Of a DNA stretch of 64,000 nt, positions 37,738 to 45,890 are shown piece after piece. The notes beneath the pieces are model-generated. The model made no database searches. It saw only the letters and a list, made by a program, of their open reading frames with translations, and was not told the DNA's origin. Numbering within the stretch: the stretch's first letter is position 1; each line of letters starts with the position of its first letter. This stretch comes from Bdellovibrionota bacterium. GTDB lineage: Bacteria > Bdellovibrionota_C > UBA2361 > OMII01. Both the position numbers and the translations under genes were made by a program. The DNA lies in NCBI GenBank assembly GCA_044360195.1, contig JBIKKT010000015.1:429-64428 (forward strand), given 5' to 3'.

Positions 37738-39116
37738 TGTTCGGATCACGACGATATTCATCAGACAATGCTACGATGCTGCCTGAATTCTTACGTGCAG
37801 TTCGGGAGCTTGATTTTCTTACCATTTCAAATGCCCCTAACGATCATGTTCCTTTTGACGACCAATCGCTCGCTTGTCCCAAGTTGGCTGCTTTAACCAA
37901 GTCGCTTGGGAGTTCGGTATCTACTGAAATCGTAGTCCTAGACGAAGCAGCTACCGTAACACGATGGAGAGAGCTTAAATCTAGTGCAGATAGTGCCAAG
38001 ATGTCAGCTAGGGACTGTAAAAGATTTTATTGGGTGCCCGAAATAGTGAGCGATCCGCAATTTCAGCACTTAGTTGCAGAGAGGAGTATACCTCTGACAG
38101 TGTCCTCACTGCGAGGGTTGATGTACTGCTATCACCAGAGGTTTGGTGAGCTTTCAATAGATAGCACATTTAATTCGCTGCTCATCGATGCAATCCAAGA
38201 TAAGGCTAATTCAAGGGCCGTAATAAGATCTTGGCTTGATTCAATAGAGTGTTTGGTGGGGGAGAAGGCGCCTCAGCTATTAGCCAAGCGAGCTTATGAG
38301 GAGTTTGCGTTTCCCGAGCAGACTCTCGATGGCTTCGGTTTTAGTGCGGATACAGTTACCGATTTTTCTTCTCGTTTTGCCGGTGAGTTAGCAATTCGCA
38401 TGGCGGGTCGCTACGAGACGATACCGGACGAGCGCCTCCGTTATGCATTGGATGGGTTTCTGGGGTCAAATCTGGTTCGGAGAGAGGCCTTTAACGAGGC
38501 TATATCGGAAATTATTACGAGCAGAAAGGCTGAACGAAGTGAGTTCGTTCAGGAGATTCTAATCGATTTCCTTCTCGAAAAACACGGGCTGGGTGACCCT
38601 CGAATAGAAAAGTGGACGGGAATAGAGGACGCTGCAACGAACAGAGTTATTCAGTGGTTATCGAGAGAGGATATTGATTTCTTTTTTAAGCTCCTACTTG
38701 GAGATAAACAGGATAAACACGGCAGAAAAGCATTTTGGCTCCAGTACGTTGATAAAGTTGCTCGCTCTCGTGCTCTAATATCGAAAGAGGATATTAGAGA
38801 TCATTCGGTTCGGCTGCGAGAGATGGAAGAGAAGGGCCGTTCGTACGGCCGTCTTGATGGTGCGAATTCCTCGAGTTCATTTATTCTCGATTTTGGTCGA
38901 GTTGTTGTCGTGGAATTCAGTGAAGTCGGAAACGCCTGCTACATTTACACTAAAAATGACTTCTTGGAATTAGTTCCCGATTTTTGGGCTAAGGACGTTT
39001 CATTTCGTAGCCTGAAAAATCAGGCAAAGGTTTCTGAAAGAATTACAAGAAGTGTCAAGGATTGGCAGGCGAATGCTCGACAGATCCTGTCTCGATATGG
39101 AGTGCGACGTGGCTAA
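37737..39116 (+). CDS. zorC: Zorya protein ZorC (EH-signature domain)
   Basis: LGDPR...W, IQWLS..DIDFFF, RKAFWLQY, VVVEFSEVGNACYIY. Translationally coupled to zorB. Confidence 0.9.
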   Translation: MFGSRRYSSDNATMLPEFLRAVRELDFLTISNAPNDHVPFDDQSLACPKLAALTKSLGSSVSTEIVVLDEAATVTRWRELKSSADSAKMSARDCKRFYWVPEIVSDPQFQHLVAERSIPLTVSSLRGLMYCYHQRFGELSIDSTFNSLLIDAIQDKANSRAVIRSWLDSIECLVGEKAPQLLAKRAYEEFAFPEQTLDGFGFSADTVTDFSSRFAGELAIRMAGRYETIPDERLRYALDGFLGSNLVRREAFNEAISEIITSRKAERSEFVQEILIDFLLEKHGLGDPRIEKWTGIEDAATNRVIQWLSREDIDFFFKLLLGDKQDKHGRKAFWLQYVDKVARSRALISKEDIRDHSVRLREMEEKGRSYGRLDGANSSSSFILDFGRVVVVEFSEVGNACYIYTKNDFLELVPDFWAKDVSFRSLKNQAKVSERITRSVKDWQANARQILSRYGVRRG

Positions 39117-42100
39117 GAGTGGTGATTCTCGTTTCTTGATTGCTTTGCTAGCTGAAGATCTTCACCTGATAGCTTCAGATAATGGACTGCACATATGTTA
39201 CATGGGCTCAGATCGCAGTATCGATTTGAGCAACAGAGCGGATTGGCGGAAACTGGGTTCGACGACTAGTCAAGGCCAGCTTTTGGCGCAGTCACTCGAC
39301 TTTCTGCTTCAGGAAGACCTTCTTAGGCTGGACAATCAAGGGCTTCATCTTGATTACGTGAACCTAAAGCACCTTGCTGAGGTCGGAGTCGACTTCATAG
39401 AAAAGTTGGTACCATGGGCTCCCTTTTCGATTCACGTTCGTGGTTCAGGAGTAATCGGTTCGAATGGGTTTCGTCTATCGTATGAGTTCATGCTTGGAAA
39501 GCTGCACTCGTTTCCTGTGAGGTTTGGACCATTTTTGATTAGGGGAGACCGAGCATACCGTTTGTCTCCGACTAACTTTGACATTGTTGAGATTGTAGAT
39601 TCGTTTAATAGCCTCAGTCAGAACGAGAAGGATAAAGAGGCCTCTCTGCGCTGTATATCTCGGATAAAGGAGTTGATGGGCAGCGAAGGGCTGGATTCCT
39701 ACTTGGACCGAGAGGGAATCGTGATTCCTCAGAAAGTTAAGGTTGAACTCTCTCTTGAATCAAACGGATTCGTGTCTTTATTTCCAGGATTCGAGGGAGT
39801 GTCTTCTGAGAGAATGAGACATGAGTTCTTTCGACTTGGAGAGGTTCAAAGAATTTACGATCTGCCGACGGATGATGGTCATCGGGTCAGAGTTCTCATC
39901 TCAGAAGAGATCTCTGCAATTCTGTCAGATATGCAGAAATATCGGATGGTCGGTGGTGCTACGAGGGATGCCGTCCTTGCCAATGTTATTGAGTGTTTTT
40001 CCGACGGCGTAAATCGAGATCTGATTGAGCTTGTTGATTTTGCTCCAAGAGTAAAGGGTATTTGTTCCGTCCCGGAACGCTCTCAACTTCTGTTGAATAC
40101 AGAGAGTCGGTGTTGGGAGGGCGTATCGGAGGAGGATGTTGGGCTCGCAGCAGCTGCGGAGAAGCCTTTAATACTAAAGGTGTTTTCTGATGAAAATGTC
40201 GAGATTCCGATGTCCTTCAAAGAGTTCAGGAGTTTCGCTCGGCAAGTTGCAGAGGCGCAGGCGCAGGATTCGGCGCAGGTTCGCTTCGGAAGTAGCAATG
40301 TGCTCATCAACGATGCTCTAGTGGAGCAGATTAAAGAGATTGAAAAGAGATTAGACCGACGCAAGGCTGGTGGAATCGATATTAAGCAGGAAGCCCGAGA
40401 CTGTCAGGTTTTGGATATTCATCAGAATTTCGATCAAACAAGTTACTCCGAGGGGTCTTTGGATAGTATTGAGTCTCTATGGAACCAGCCACAGATACCA
40501 AAAAGCCTCCGGAGCACAAGGGTTAACAAAAGGGGGGAGACCGAGTCTTTTCAGCTGAAATCGCACCAGTATGAGGGAGTGCTGTGGCTTCAAAACCTCT
40601 TCCGCAATCGGTTGCGGAGACGGGGTTGTCTTCTAGCCGATGATATGGGCCTTGGAAAGACGCTCCAGGTGCTCACATTTTTGGCCTGGTGCATTGAGTC
40701 TGGATATAGGAAGGGCCTGGGAGAAGATATCCCACCATACGAGCCGATATTGATTGTAGCTCCTATTATTCTTTTGAAGAACTGGCAGACGGAAATGGAG
40801 GGGTTCTTTGATCATGATATCTTTTCTCCGTCTGTAACTTTGTACGGTTCGACGCTAAGACAGTATAGCCTTGATTCAAAGAAGATGGGCAGGGAGACGA
40901 AAGACGGCAAACAGAGGCTGGATCTCGATCGAATTCGTGAGAATCGAATCGTGATAACGAACTACGACACGGTCAAGAACTACCAACATAGCCTAGCGAA
41001 AGTGCCATGGTCTATTATTGTGACAGATGAAGCGCAGGAGTTTAAGATTCAGAACCAGAAGTCGGACGCTCTTAAAGCGCTCAAGGCTCACTTCCGAATT
41101 GTGGCAACGGGTACTCCTGTTGAAAATAGATTGCTGGATTTGTGGAATCTTGTTGATTTTATGCACCCTGGGTCGTTGTTGGGCTCTGCAAAAGGTTTTT
41201 ATGAAAGATTCGAGAAGGATGTTGCTAATAAGTCAATCGAGGAAAAAAAGGTTCTCACCCGAGAGCTGCGTGAGGCTCTGTATTATGACAGACCAGATGC
41301 CTTTGTAATGCGGAGAGATAAGGAAAGCCAACTGAAAACGGAGCTTCCCTCAAAGATCGAACATCGCATCACCTGTCCCATGCCTGAATCCTTTAAAAGA
41401 ATGCACCTTGATATCGTTCAGCAGTTCAAGGAGAGCATGTCTGATGTTCATCACTTTACCCTGATTGACTCACTGAAGAAGCTGTATCTTCATCCTCGTC
41501 TATTAGAAAGACCGCAACCCGTCGATGACATCAAGTCTCTAGTCGGAGAGAGTCCCAAACTTGAAGCCTTAATAAAGACTCTGGAAGATATTCGATCGAA
41601 GAAGGAGAAGGTGCTGATCTTTACCGAGTATGTCGACCTGCAGACAATGCTTGCTGAAGTTCTTGGAGTTTATTTTGGGCTTAAAATTGAGATTATCAGT
41701 GGTTCCTCAATAGTGGAACGAACACGAGTTTCTGAGCGTCGGCAACAGGCGATAGACGACTTTGAGGCAAAGGAAGGTTTTAACATTCTAATCCTTTCGC
41801 CAAAGGTGGCGGGAGTAGGGCTTACGATAGTTGGTGCGAACCACGTGATTCATTATCAGCGGTGGTGGAATCCAGCGAAGGAGGCTCAAGCCACCGACCG
41901 AGCTTATAGAATTGGACAGAAGAAAGATGTTCATGTGTATTATTTTATAATCACAGATCCTGCGGGCGAGGTCATTTCTTTCGATCAGACTCTGGATAAG
42001 TTACTGCTTGAAAAGCGGGAGCTAGCAAAAGATTTCTTGATCCCAAGGGAAAGCGTTGAGATCAGCACGAGCGAGGTAGCAGATAAAGTTCAGGGTGAAA

Positions 42101-42627
42101 ATGCTGCGGAATCCTCGATTCGACAAGGAAAGAGTCTAGCCATTGTGAAAACGTTGGGAGATGTCGATAGGCTTTCTCCCCACCAATTCGAGGCCTTGAT
42201 TGCGCTAATCTACAGGCGTAAGGGGTTGCTTACGGTTCTAGGCCCGCTGACTAATGACGGAGGAGCCGATTTGTTGATTGTGGGTTTGAGTGACCTCGTA
42301 TACGTGCAATGCAAGCACTCTAGTTGCCTAACTCAGCAGACCGCTCGGGCCGTTCGAGATTTAGAGGAGGCTCCCGATGTATATCGTAGAGATGTGCTAT
42401 CTACCAATCTCAGGAGAAGGATGCCTCAAAGAGTTGCCTGGACAAACTCTACGTTTGACCAAGAGACACGTGCGATGGCAGCTCGTCATGGGATTGAGCT
42501 TCGGGAAGGTAAACATCTGGAGGCGGAGCTCAAGACTGCAGAGATTCACCTTGGGGCCATTCTTGAGATGGAGGCTGAGAGGTTTGGAAGCCTTAAAGAT
42601 ATACGGGCGGCTCTAAAGCACCTGTAA
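39109..42627 (+). CDS. zorD: Zorya protein ZorD (SNF2 helicase/ATPase plus C-terminal Mrr-like nuclease)
   Basis: LLADDMGLGKT, DEAQ, TGTPVEN, WWNPAKE.QATDRAYRIGQ; C-terminal FE.LIA...DGGAD...QCKH. Probable GTG start at 39109. Confidence 0.93.
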   Translation: MAKSGDSRFLIALLAEDLHLIASDNGLHICYMGSDRSIDLSNRADWRKLGSTTSQGQLLAQSLDFLLQEDLLRLDNQGLHLDYVNLKHLAEVGVDFIEKLVPWAPFSIHVRGSGVIGSNGFRLSYEFMLGKLHSFPVRFGPFLIRGDRAYRLSPTNFDIVEIVDSFNSLSQNEKDKEASLRCISRIKELMGSEGLDSYLDREGIVIPQKVKVELSLESNGFVSLFPGFEGVSSERMRHEFFRLGEVQRIYDLPTDDGHRVRVLISEEISAILSDMQKYRMVGGATRDAVLANVIECFSDGVNRDLIELVDFAPRVKGICSVPERSQLLLNTESRCWEGVSEEDVGLAAAAEKPLILKVFSDENVEIPMSFKEFRSFARQVAEAQAQDSAQVRFGSSNVLINDALVEQIKEIEKRLDRRKAGGIDIKQEARDCQVLDIHQNFDQTSYSEGSLDSIESLWNQPQIPKSLRSTRVNKRGETESFQLKSHQYEGVLWLQNLFRNRLRRRGCLLADDMGLGKTLQVLTFLAWCIESGYRKGLGEDIPPYEPILIVAPIILLKNWQTEMEGFFDHDIFSPSVTLYGSTLRQYSLDSKKMGRETKDGKQRLDLDRIRENRIVITNYDTVKNYQHSLAKVPWSIIVTDEAQEFKIQNQKSDALKALKAHFRIVATGTPVENRLLDLWNLVDFMHPGSLLGSAKGFYERFEKDVANKSIEEKKVLTRELREALYYDRPDAFVMRRDKESQLKTELPSKIEHRITCPMPESFKRMHLDIVQQFKESMSDVHHFTLIDSLKKLYLHPRLLERPQPVDDIKSLVGESPKLEALIKTLEDIRSKKEKVLIFTEYVDLQTMLAEVLGVYFGLKIEIISGSSIVERTRVSERRQQAIDDFEAKEGFNILILSPKVAGVGLTIVGANHVIHYQRWWNPAKEAQATDRAYRIGQKKDVHVYYFIITDPAGEVISFDQTLDKLLLEKRELAKDFLIPRESVEISTSEVADKVQGENAAESSIRQGKSLAIVKTLGDVDRLSPHQFEALIALIYRRKGLLTVLGPLTNDGGADLLIVGLSDLVYVQCKHSSCLTQQTARAVRDLEEAPDVYRRDVLSTNLRRRMPQRVAWTNSTFDQETRAMAARHGIELREGKHLEAELKTAEIHLGAILEMEAERFGSLKDIRAALKHL

Positions 42628-42670
42628 CGTTGATCCATTAGTGTGACACCGAGAGTGGGGACGCCATTCA

Positions 42671-42946
42671 CTAAACACGAAGGGCTTTCTCAATGGCCGT
42701 CAATTCTTCAGCTACTCGATAGAGAAATTGCACGACCTGTAGGTGTTGCTCATGCTTGGTGAGAACTATGTTGATGTGGATCTCCATACCATCTTGGTTA
42801 ATGTCGAAGAGCTTTGAGAGAGATGGACTGTAAGCATCTTCACTAAGGGGGGCTTCTCGTTTATGGAACTGTTTGAACTTCATTAGGGCCATCTCTGATC
42901 TTTTCTCTGTAAGGCTAGTCGGGCATTCAATCAACACGTTACTCAC
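42671..42946 (-). CDS. Small hypothetical protein (91 aa)
   Basis: GTG start overlaps the stop of the upstream ORF; third gene of the small-ORF operon. Confidence 0.6.
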   Translation of the reverse strand: MSNVLIECPTSLTEKRSEMALMKFKQFHKREAPLSEDAYSPSLSKLFDINQDGMEIHINIVLTKHEQHLQVVQFLYRVAEELTAIEKALRV

Positions 42947-43134
42947 TGCTCCACAATAATAACTAGAACGTCTCGATAATCTTTGATCGCTAAATCAAGC
43001 TCTCTTATAACCTTGGCTCGCAATCGTTGCTTCTTGGATATTTCCAATGCTCGTTCGATCTCATGTATGTAGAGTGCCTTGGGTTTTGTCTCTGACAGCT
43101 TTCTAGCAGCTTCTTGTTTTGTGGTTTTCGACAT
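42943..43134 (-). CDS. Small basic hypothetical protein (63 aa)
   Basis: GAGGA RBS before ATG; helical, K/R/E-rich. Confidence 0.65.
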   Translation of the reverse strand: MSKTTKQEAARKLSETKPKALYIHEIERALEISKKQRLRAKVIRELDLAIKDYRDVLVIIVEQ

Positions 43135-43168
43135 AGATCCTCGTTCACATTAAAGGTGATACCCCGTG

Positions 43169-43408
43169 CTAGTAGTCACGCTCATGAAGATATTTATCGA
43201 GCTTTAGTTTCGTGGCTTTCAGTGATTCCTGCTGTTGAAGGAAGGCGTCGAGACTAAGAAGCTCTTCATCAATCTTGGCTTTGAGAAACATTCTGATAAG
43301 GGCTAGCCGTGTGATGCGTCTGGATTGTGCGAGCGTGTTCAGATCTTCAATCCATTGAGGTTCTAATAAGAGTCTTAGCTGAGTGAATTTAGGCTTCTTT
43401 ATAGACAT
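43169..43408 (-). CDS. Small protein, ribbon-helix-helix (CopG-like) DNA-binding candidate
   Basis: FTQLRLLL (beta) - WIEDLNTLAQSRRI - TRLALIRMFL pattern; AAGGAAG RBS. Confidence 0.65.
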   Translation of the reverse strand: MSIKKPKFTQLRLLLEPQWIEDLNTLAQSRRITRLALIRMFLKAKIDEELLSLDAFLQQQESLKATKLKLDKYLHERDY

Positions 43409-43456
43409 CGGTTTTTCTTCCTTAATGACTTTTATTTTGTATCTACACTGTATAGC

Positions 43457-43464
43457 TATTTATA
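43457..43464 (-). promoter_or_regulatory. T4-late-type promoter box TATAAATA (candidate) upstream of the small-ORF operon
   Basis: Exact TATAAATA on the minus strand, 48 nt before ATG 43408, with no sigma70 -35 at 17-nt spacing. Confidence 0.5.
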
Positions 43465-43495
43465 AGGGTTCTAATCTGAAAAGAGATCTCAGAAG

Positions 43496-43529
43496 CATCG
43501 TGATTCTCACGATGACGAGCTTCGCTCGT
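43496..43529 (-). other. Two abutting perfect hairpins with GAA triloops on the minus strand
   Basis: Plus strand CATCGTGA-TTC-TCACGATG directly followed by ACGAGC-TTC-GCTCGT. The minus strand contains GCGAAGC. Confidence 0.8.
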
Positions 43530-43584
43530 GGTTTAGTTTGAGTTCTGTTTGTAGGGCCTGTTTTCAAATCTTTTAATGACTTTC

Positions 43585-44005
43585 ATAGTGTGCGGTAGTT
43601 TTGAGATACACTTCGCCCATCAAAGGCGAAGATGATGATGTGCGTATAGCTCATCGATACTTTGTGTTTGCACGTAGCTCCTTTTGAGAGCGAGGGCGGT
43701 TGGGCGGTCTCCTCGTAAGTGCAGCTCGCTGGTGTCCTAGCGGCAAGCATCATCAAAGCCAACACAACGACTTCGAGTGCTTTGCGAGTTCCAAGTGTAG
43801 GGATTGCTCGCATCGTGATGGATCGCATTTTCATTATTAAAGCCACCTGTGGTCGTTCTACGCCGTGAAAGTTCCATCTTACTTTGGGCACTTGGACAGG
43901 TGTGCGACTTAGGGGAGTCAATGGAAGTATGACTGCAAGATCTTATTGGGTCGCTATTTTCGAAACTCAGCTCAGTGCTTTATTAGTGGCTGAGTCGAGT
44001 TTCTG
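43585..44005 (-). ncRNA. Candidate large structured non-coding RNA (~420 nt)
   Basis: At least ten nested stems and two pseudoknot-type pairings (see findings). Begins just downstream of TATAAATA. Confidence 0.6.
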
Positions 44006-44010
44006 TACTC

Positions 44011-44018
44011 TATTTATA
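44011..44018 (-). promoter_or_regulatory. T4-late-type promoter box TATAAATA (candidate) upstream of the structured RNA
   Basis: Exact TATAAATA on the minus strand, 7 nt before the first stem, with no -35. Preceded by a GCCTC/GAGGC hairpin (44033-44049). Confidence 0.5.
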
Positions 44019-44244
44019 CAATTTTAAAGCTCGCCTCGTTTATGGAGGCAGATTTTTCAATTACATATTAGGGCCGGCTATTTGGAATGGTCTGTCTCCT
44101 CAGTCTCACTACGGGGTCGCAAGAGAGTTCGGCGTGATGGTAAGGAAGCGTTCCGATAAACTCGCTGTTCTATGGATCCATTTTAGGTGTCTTCAAATCA
44201 GCTCTCCCCGATTGGTAACGCATTCCTTACCTAGTGGCTTTTAG

Positions 44245-44886
44245 TTAGGACGATCTGACGAGCACTGCATGATGCCCGAGATTGTCAAGATTACCCTCAG
44301 CCATTATTCCCTTGAGCGTGGCCAACTGTTCTTGGGTCAGTCGTCCGAGCATCATGGAAAGCATGTATCGGTCGCAGGCAACCCCGCAATGCTCCGTAGG
44401 TTCAACAAGTCGACCATGCCCGTCTCTGTAGAATTTTACCTTGAGGTAGAGCTCTGGCTCTGCCGGCGGGTAGAGATCTATGAAAGGCTTTGGATTGACT
44501 TCGACTACCTCCGCAACGAAGAGGCCGAAAGAGGAGAAGGCAGACCAATTGCCAAGCACATGGCAACCCACAAGGGCTGCTACGGAGGTCTTTAGGGATA
44601 AATCTACAAGGTACGTGACGATTGTGTGATCTCTTCGACGCAGCTCATCTGACCATTCGTGAGTTATGAGAAAGGGAGTACTTTGGCTCTCGCTAATCTC
44701 GTTGCACACCTCAATTATTTTATCCCGAGTAAACCCTCTGAAAAATCGTAGAGGGATCTGTATTCCTTCTTGTTGGCTAGACGTCGGCATATTGTCGGCT
44801 CCAACCTCAAGGGATCGGTCAATCAAGTACTGAAGCACCTGATTTCGTACTCGATCTCTCTTTGAATTAATCGTTTTCTTAACCAT
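44245..44886 (-). CDS. Hypothetical protein (~213 aa)
   Basis: Long ORF; ATG 44886 has AAAGG upstream (ORF track starts at 44982). No recognised motif. Confidence 0.65.
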   Translation of the reverse strand: MVKKTINSKRDRVRNQVLQYLIDRSLEVGADNMPTSSQQEGIQIPLRFFRGFTRDKIIEVCNEISESQSTPFLITHEWSDELRRRDHTIVTYLVDLSLKTSVAALVGCHVLGNWSAFSSFGLFVAEVVEVNPKPFIDLYPPAEPELYLKVKFYRDGHGRLVEPTEHCGVACDRYMLSMMLGRLTQEQLATLKGIMAEGNLDNLGHHAVLVRSS

Positions 44887-44993
44887 ATTATTAACCTTTA
44901 AAAAATACAGAGCGTTAGGGCTAACGTGCTGTATGTATTGTTTAATTAAGGGGTTAGTGCACAAACTATTGTTCATGCACATACCAAGCTTGA

Positions 44994-45115
44994 AAACTTG
45001 CCGTTAAGTTTACTTGTAAACGTGACGACCAGTTTCTATACTATAATAGTAACAGGGTTTGTTTACATTGTCCACAAAATAGTGACAGTGTTTGAGAAAT
45101 ACGAAAATCTCGTAG
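44994..45115 (+). promoter_or_regulatory. Putative res site and promoter of the resolvase
   Basis: TTGTAA(45014-19)-N17-TATACT(45037-42); short inverted repeats AAACTT/AAGTTT, TGTAAAC/GTTTACA and TACGA/TCGTA in an AT-rich tract. Confidence 0.45.
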
Positions 45116-45132
45116 TTTTAAGGGGTTAAGAT

Positions 45133-45819
45133 ATGAATGTTTTCGCATACCTAAGGGTAAGTACCTCAAGACAGGCTGAGGATGGGCTCTCTATAGAAGT
45201 TCAGGAGCAGCAGCTTGAGGCTTATGCGAACTTGCACAACCTCTCTGTAAACCGATGGCTGAGAGACCGTGGAATCTCTGGATCCATACCCCTAAGTGAT
45301 AGACCTATGGGAAAGCAGCTCCTAGAGGAGGTGCGCTCTGGTGACGTGGTCATCGCAGCTAAGTTGGATCGTATGTTCCGAAATGCCAGAGATGCTTTGA
45401 ACACTTTGGAAGCCCTCAAGAACAAGGGGGTAGCACTGCATTTCATCGATCTTGGGGGAGATGTCTGTAATGGTATCGGCAAGCTAGTCTTTACGATTCT
45501 TTCGGCTGTGGCAGAGCAAGAGCGGAGCAGAATTAGGGAGCGCATCTCTGAGGCAAAGAAGCAGATGCGAGACGAGAACCGTTATCAGGGTGGGAAGATA
45601 CCCTTTGGATATCGAGTTAATTCTGAGAACCAGCTAGTAGAGGACGAGCTCCAGCAGAGATGCATCATCTTCATGCGGGCGAAGCGAAAAGAGGGGTTGG
45701 CTTACAGAATGATTAGCGACCTCTTAAGAAAGGAGCTCGGCGTTGCTTTATCGCATTCGGGTATACGGAAGATCCTCATCGGTGAGAGACGAACCGATGA
45801 TGCAGATAATCAGAAATGA
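45133..45819 (+). CDS. Serine recombinase (resolvase/invertase family)
   Basis: YLRVST..Q, D.GISG, KLDRMFR, AVAEQER..IRER, GG.IPFGY. Confidence 0.95.
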   Translation: MNVFAYLRVSTSRQAEDGLSIEVQEQQLEAYANLHNLSVNRWLRDRGISGSIPLSDRPMGKQLLEEVRSGDVVIAAKLDRMFRNARDALNTLEALKNKGVALHFIDLGGDVCNGIGKLVFTILSAVAEQERSRIRERISEAKKQMRDENRYQGGKIPFGYRVNSENQLVEDELQQRCIIFMRAKRKEGLAYRMISDLLRKELGVALSHSGIRKILIGERRTDDADNQK

Positions 45820-45890
45820 CCCATTATCTATAGGGTTAATGACCCATAGTGGCGGTTGAGAAATACGGCTTTGGCTGTTAAGGTCCTCAC

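Noticed and set aside
43583-43921. 112-aa minus-strand ORF
   Set aside because: TTG start without RBS and no motif. The region is better explained by dense base pairing, though coding is not formally excluded.
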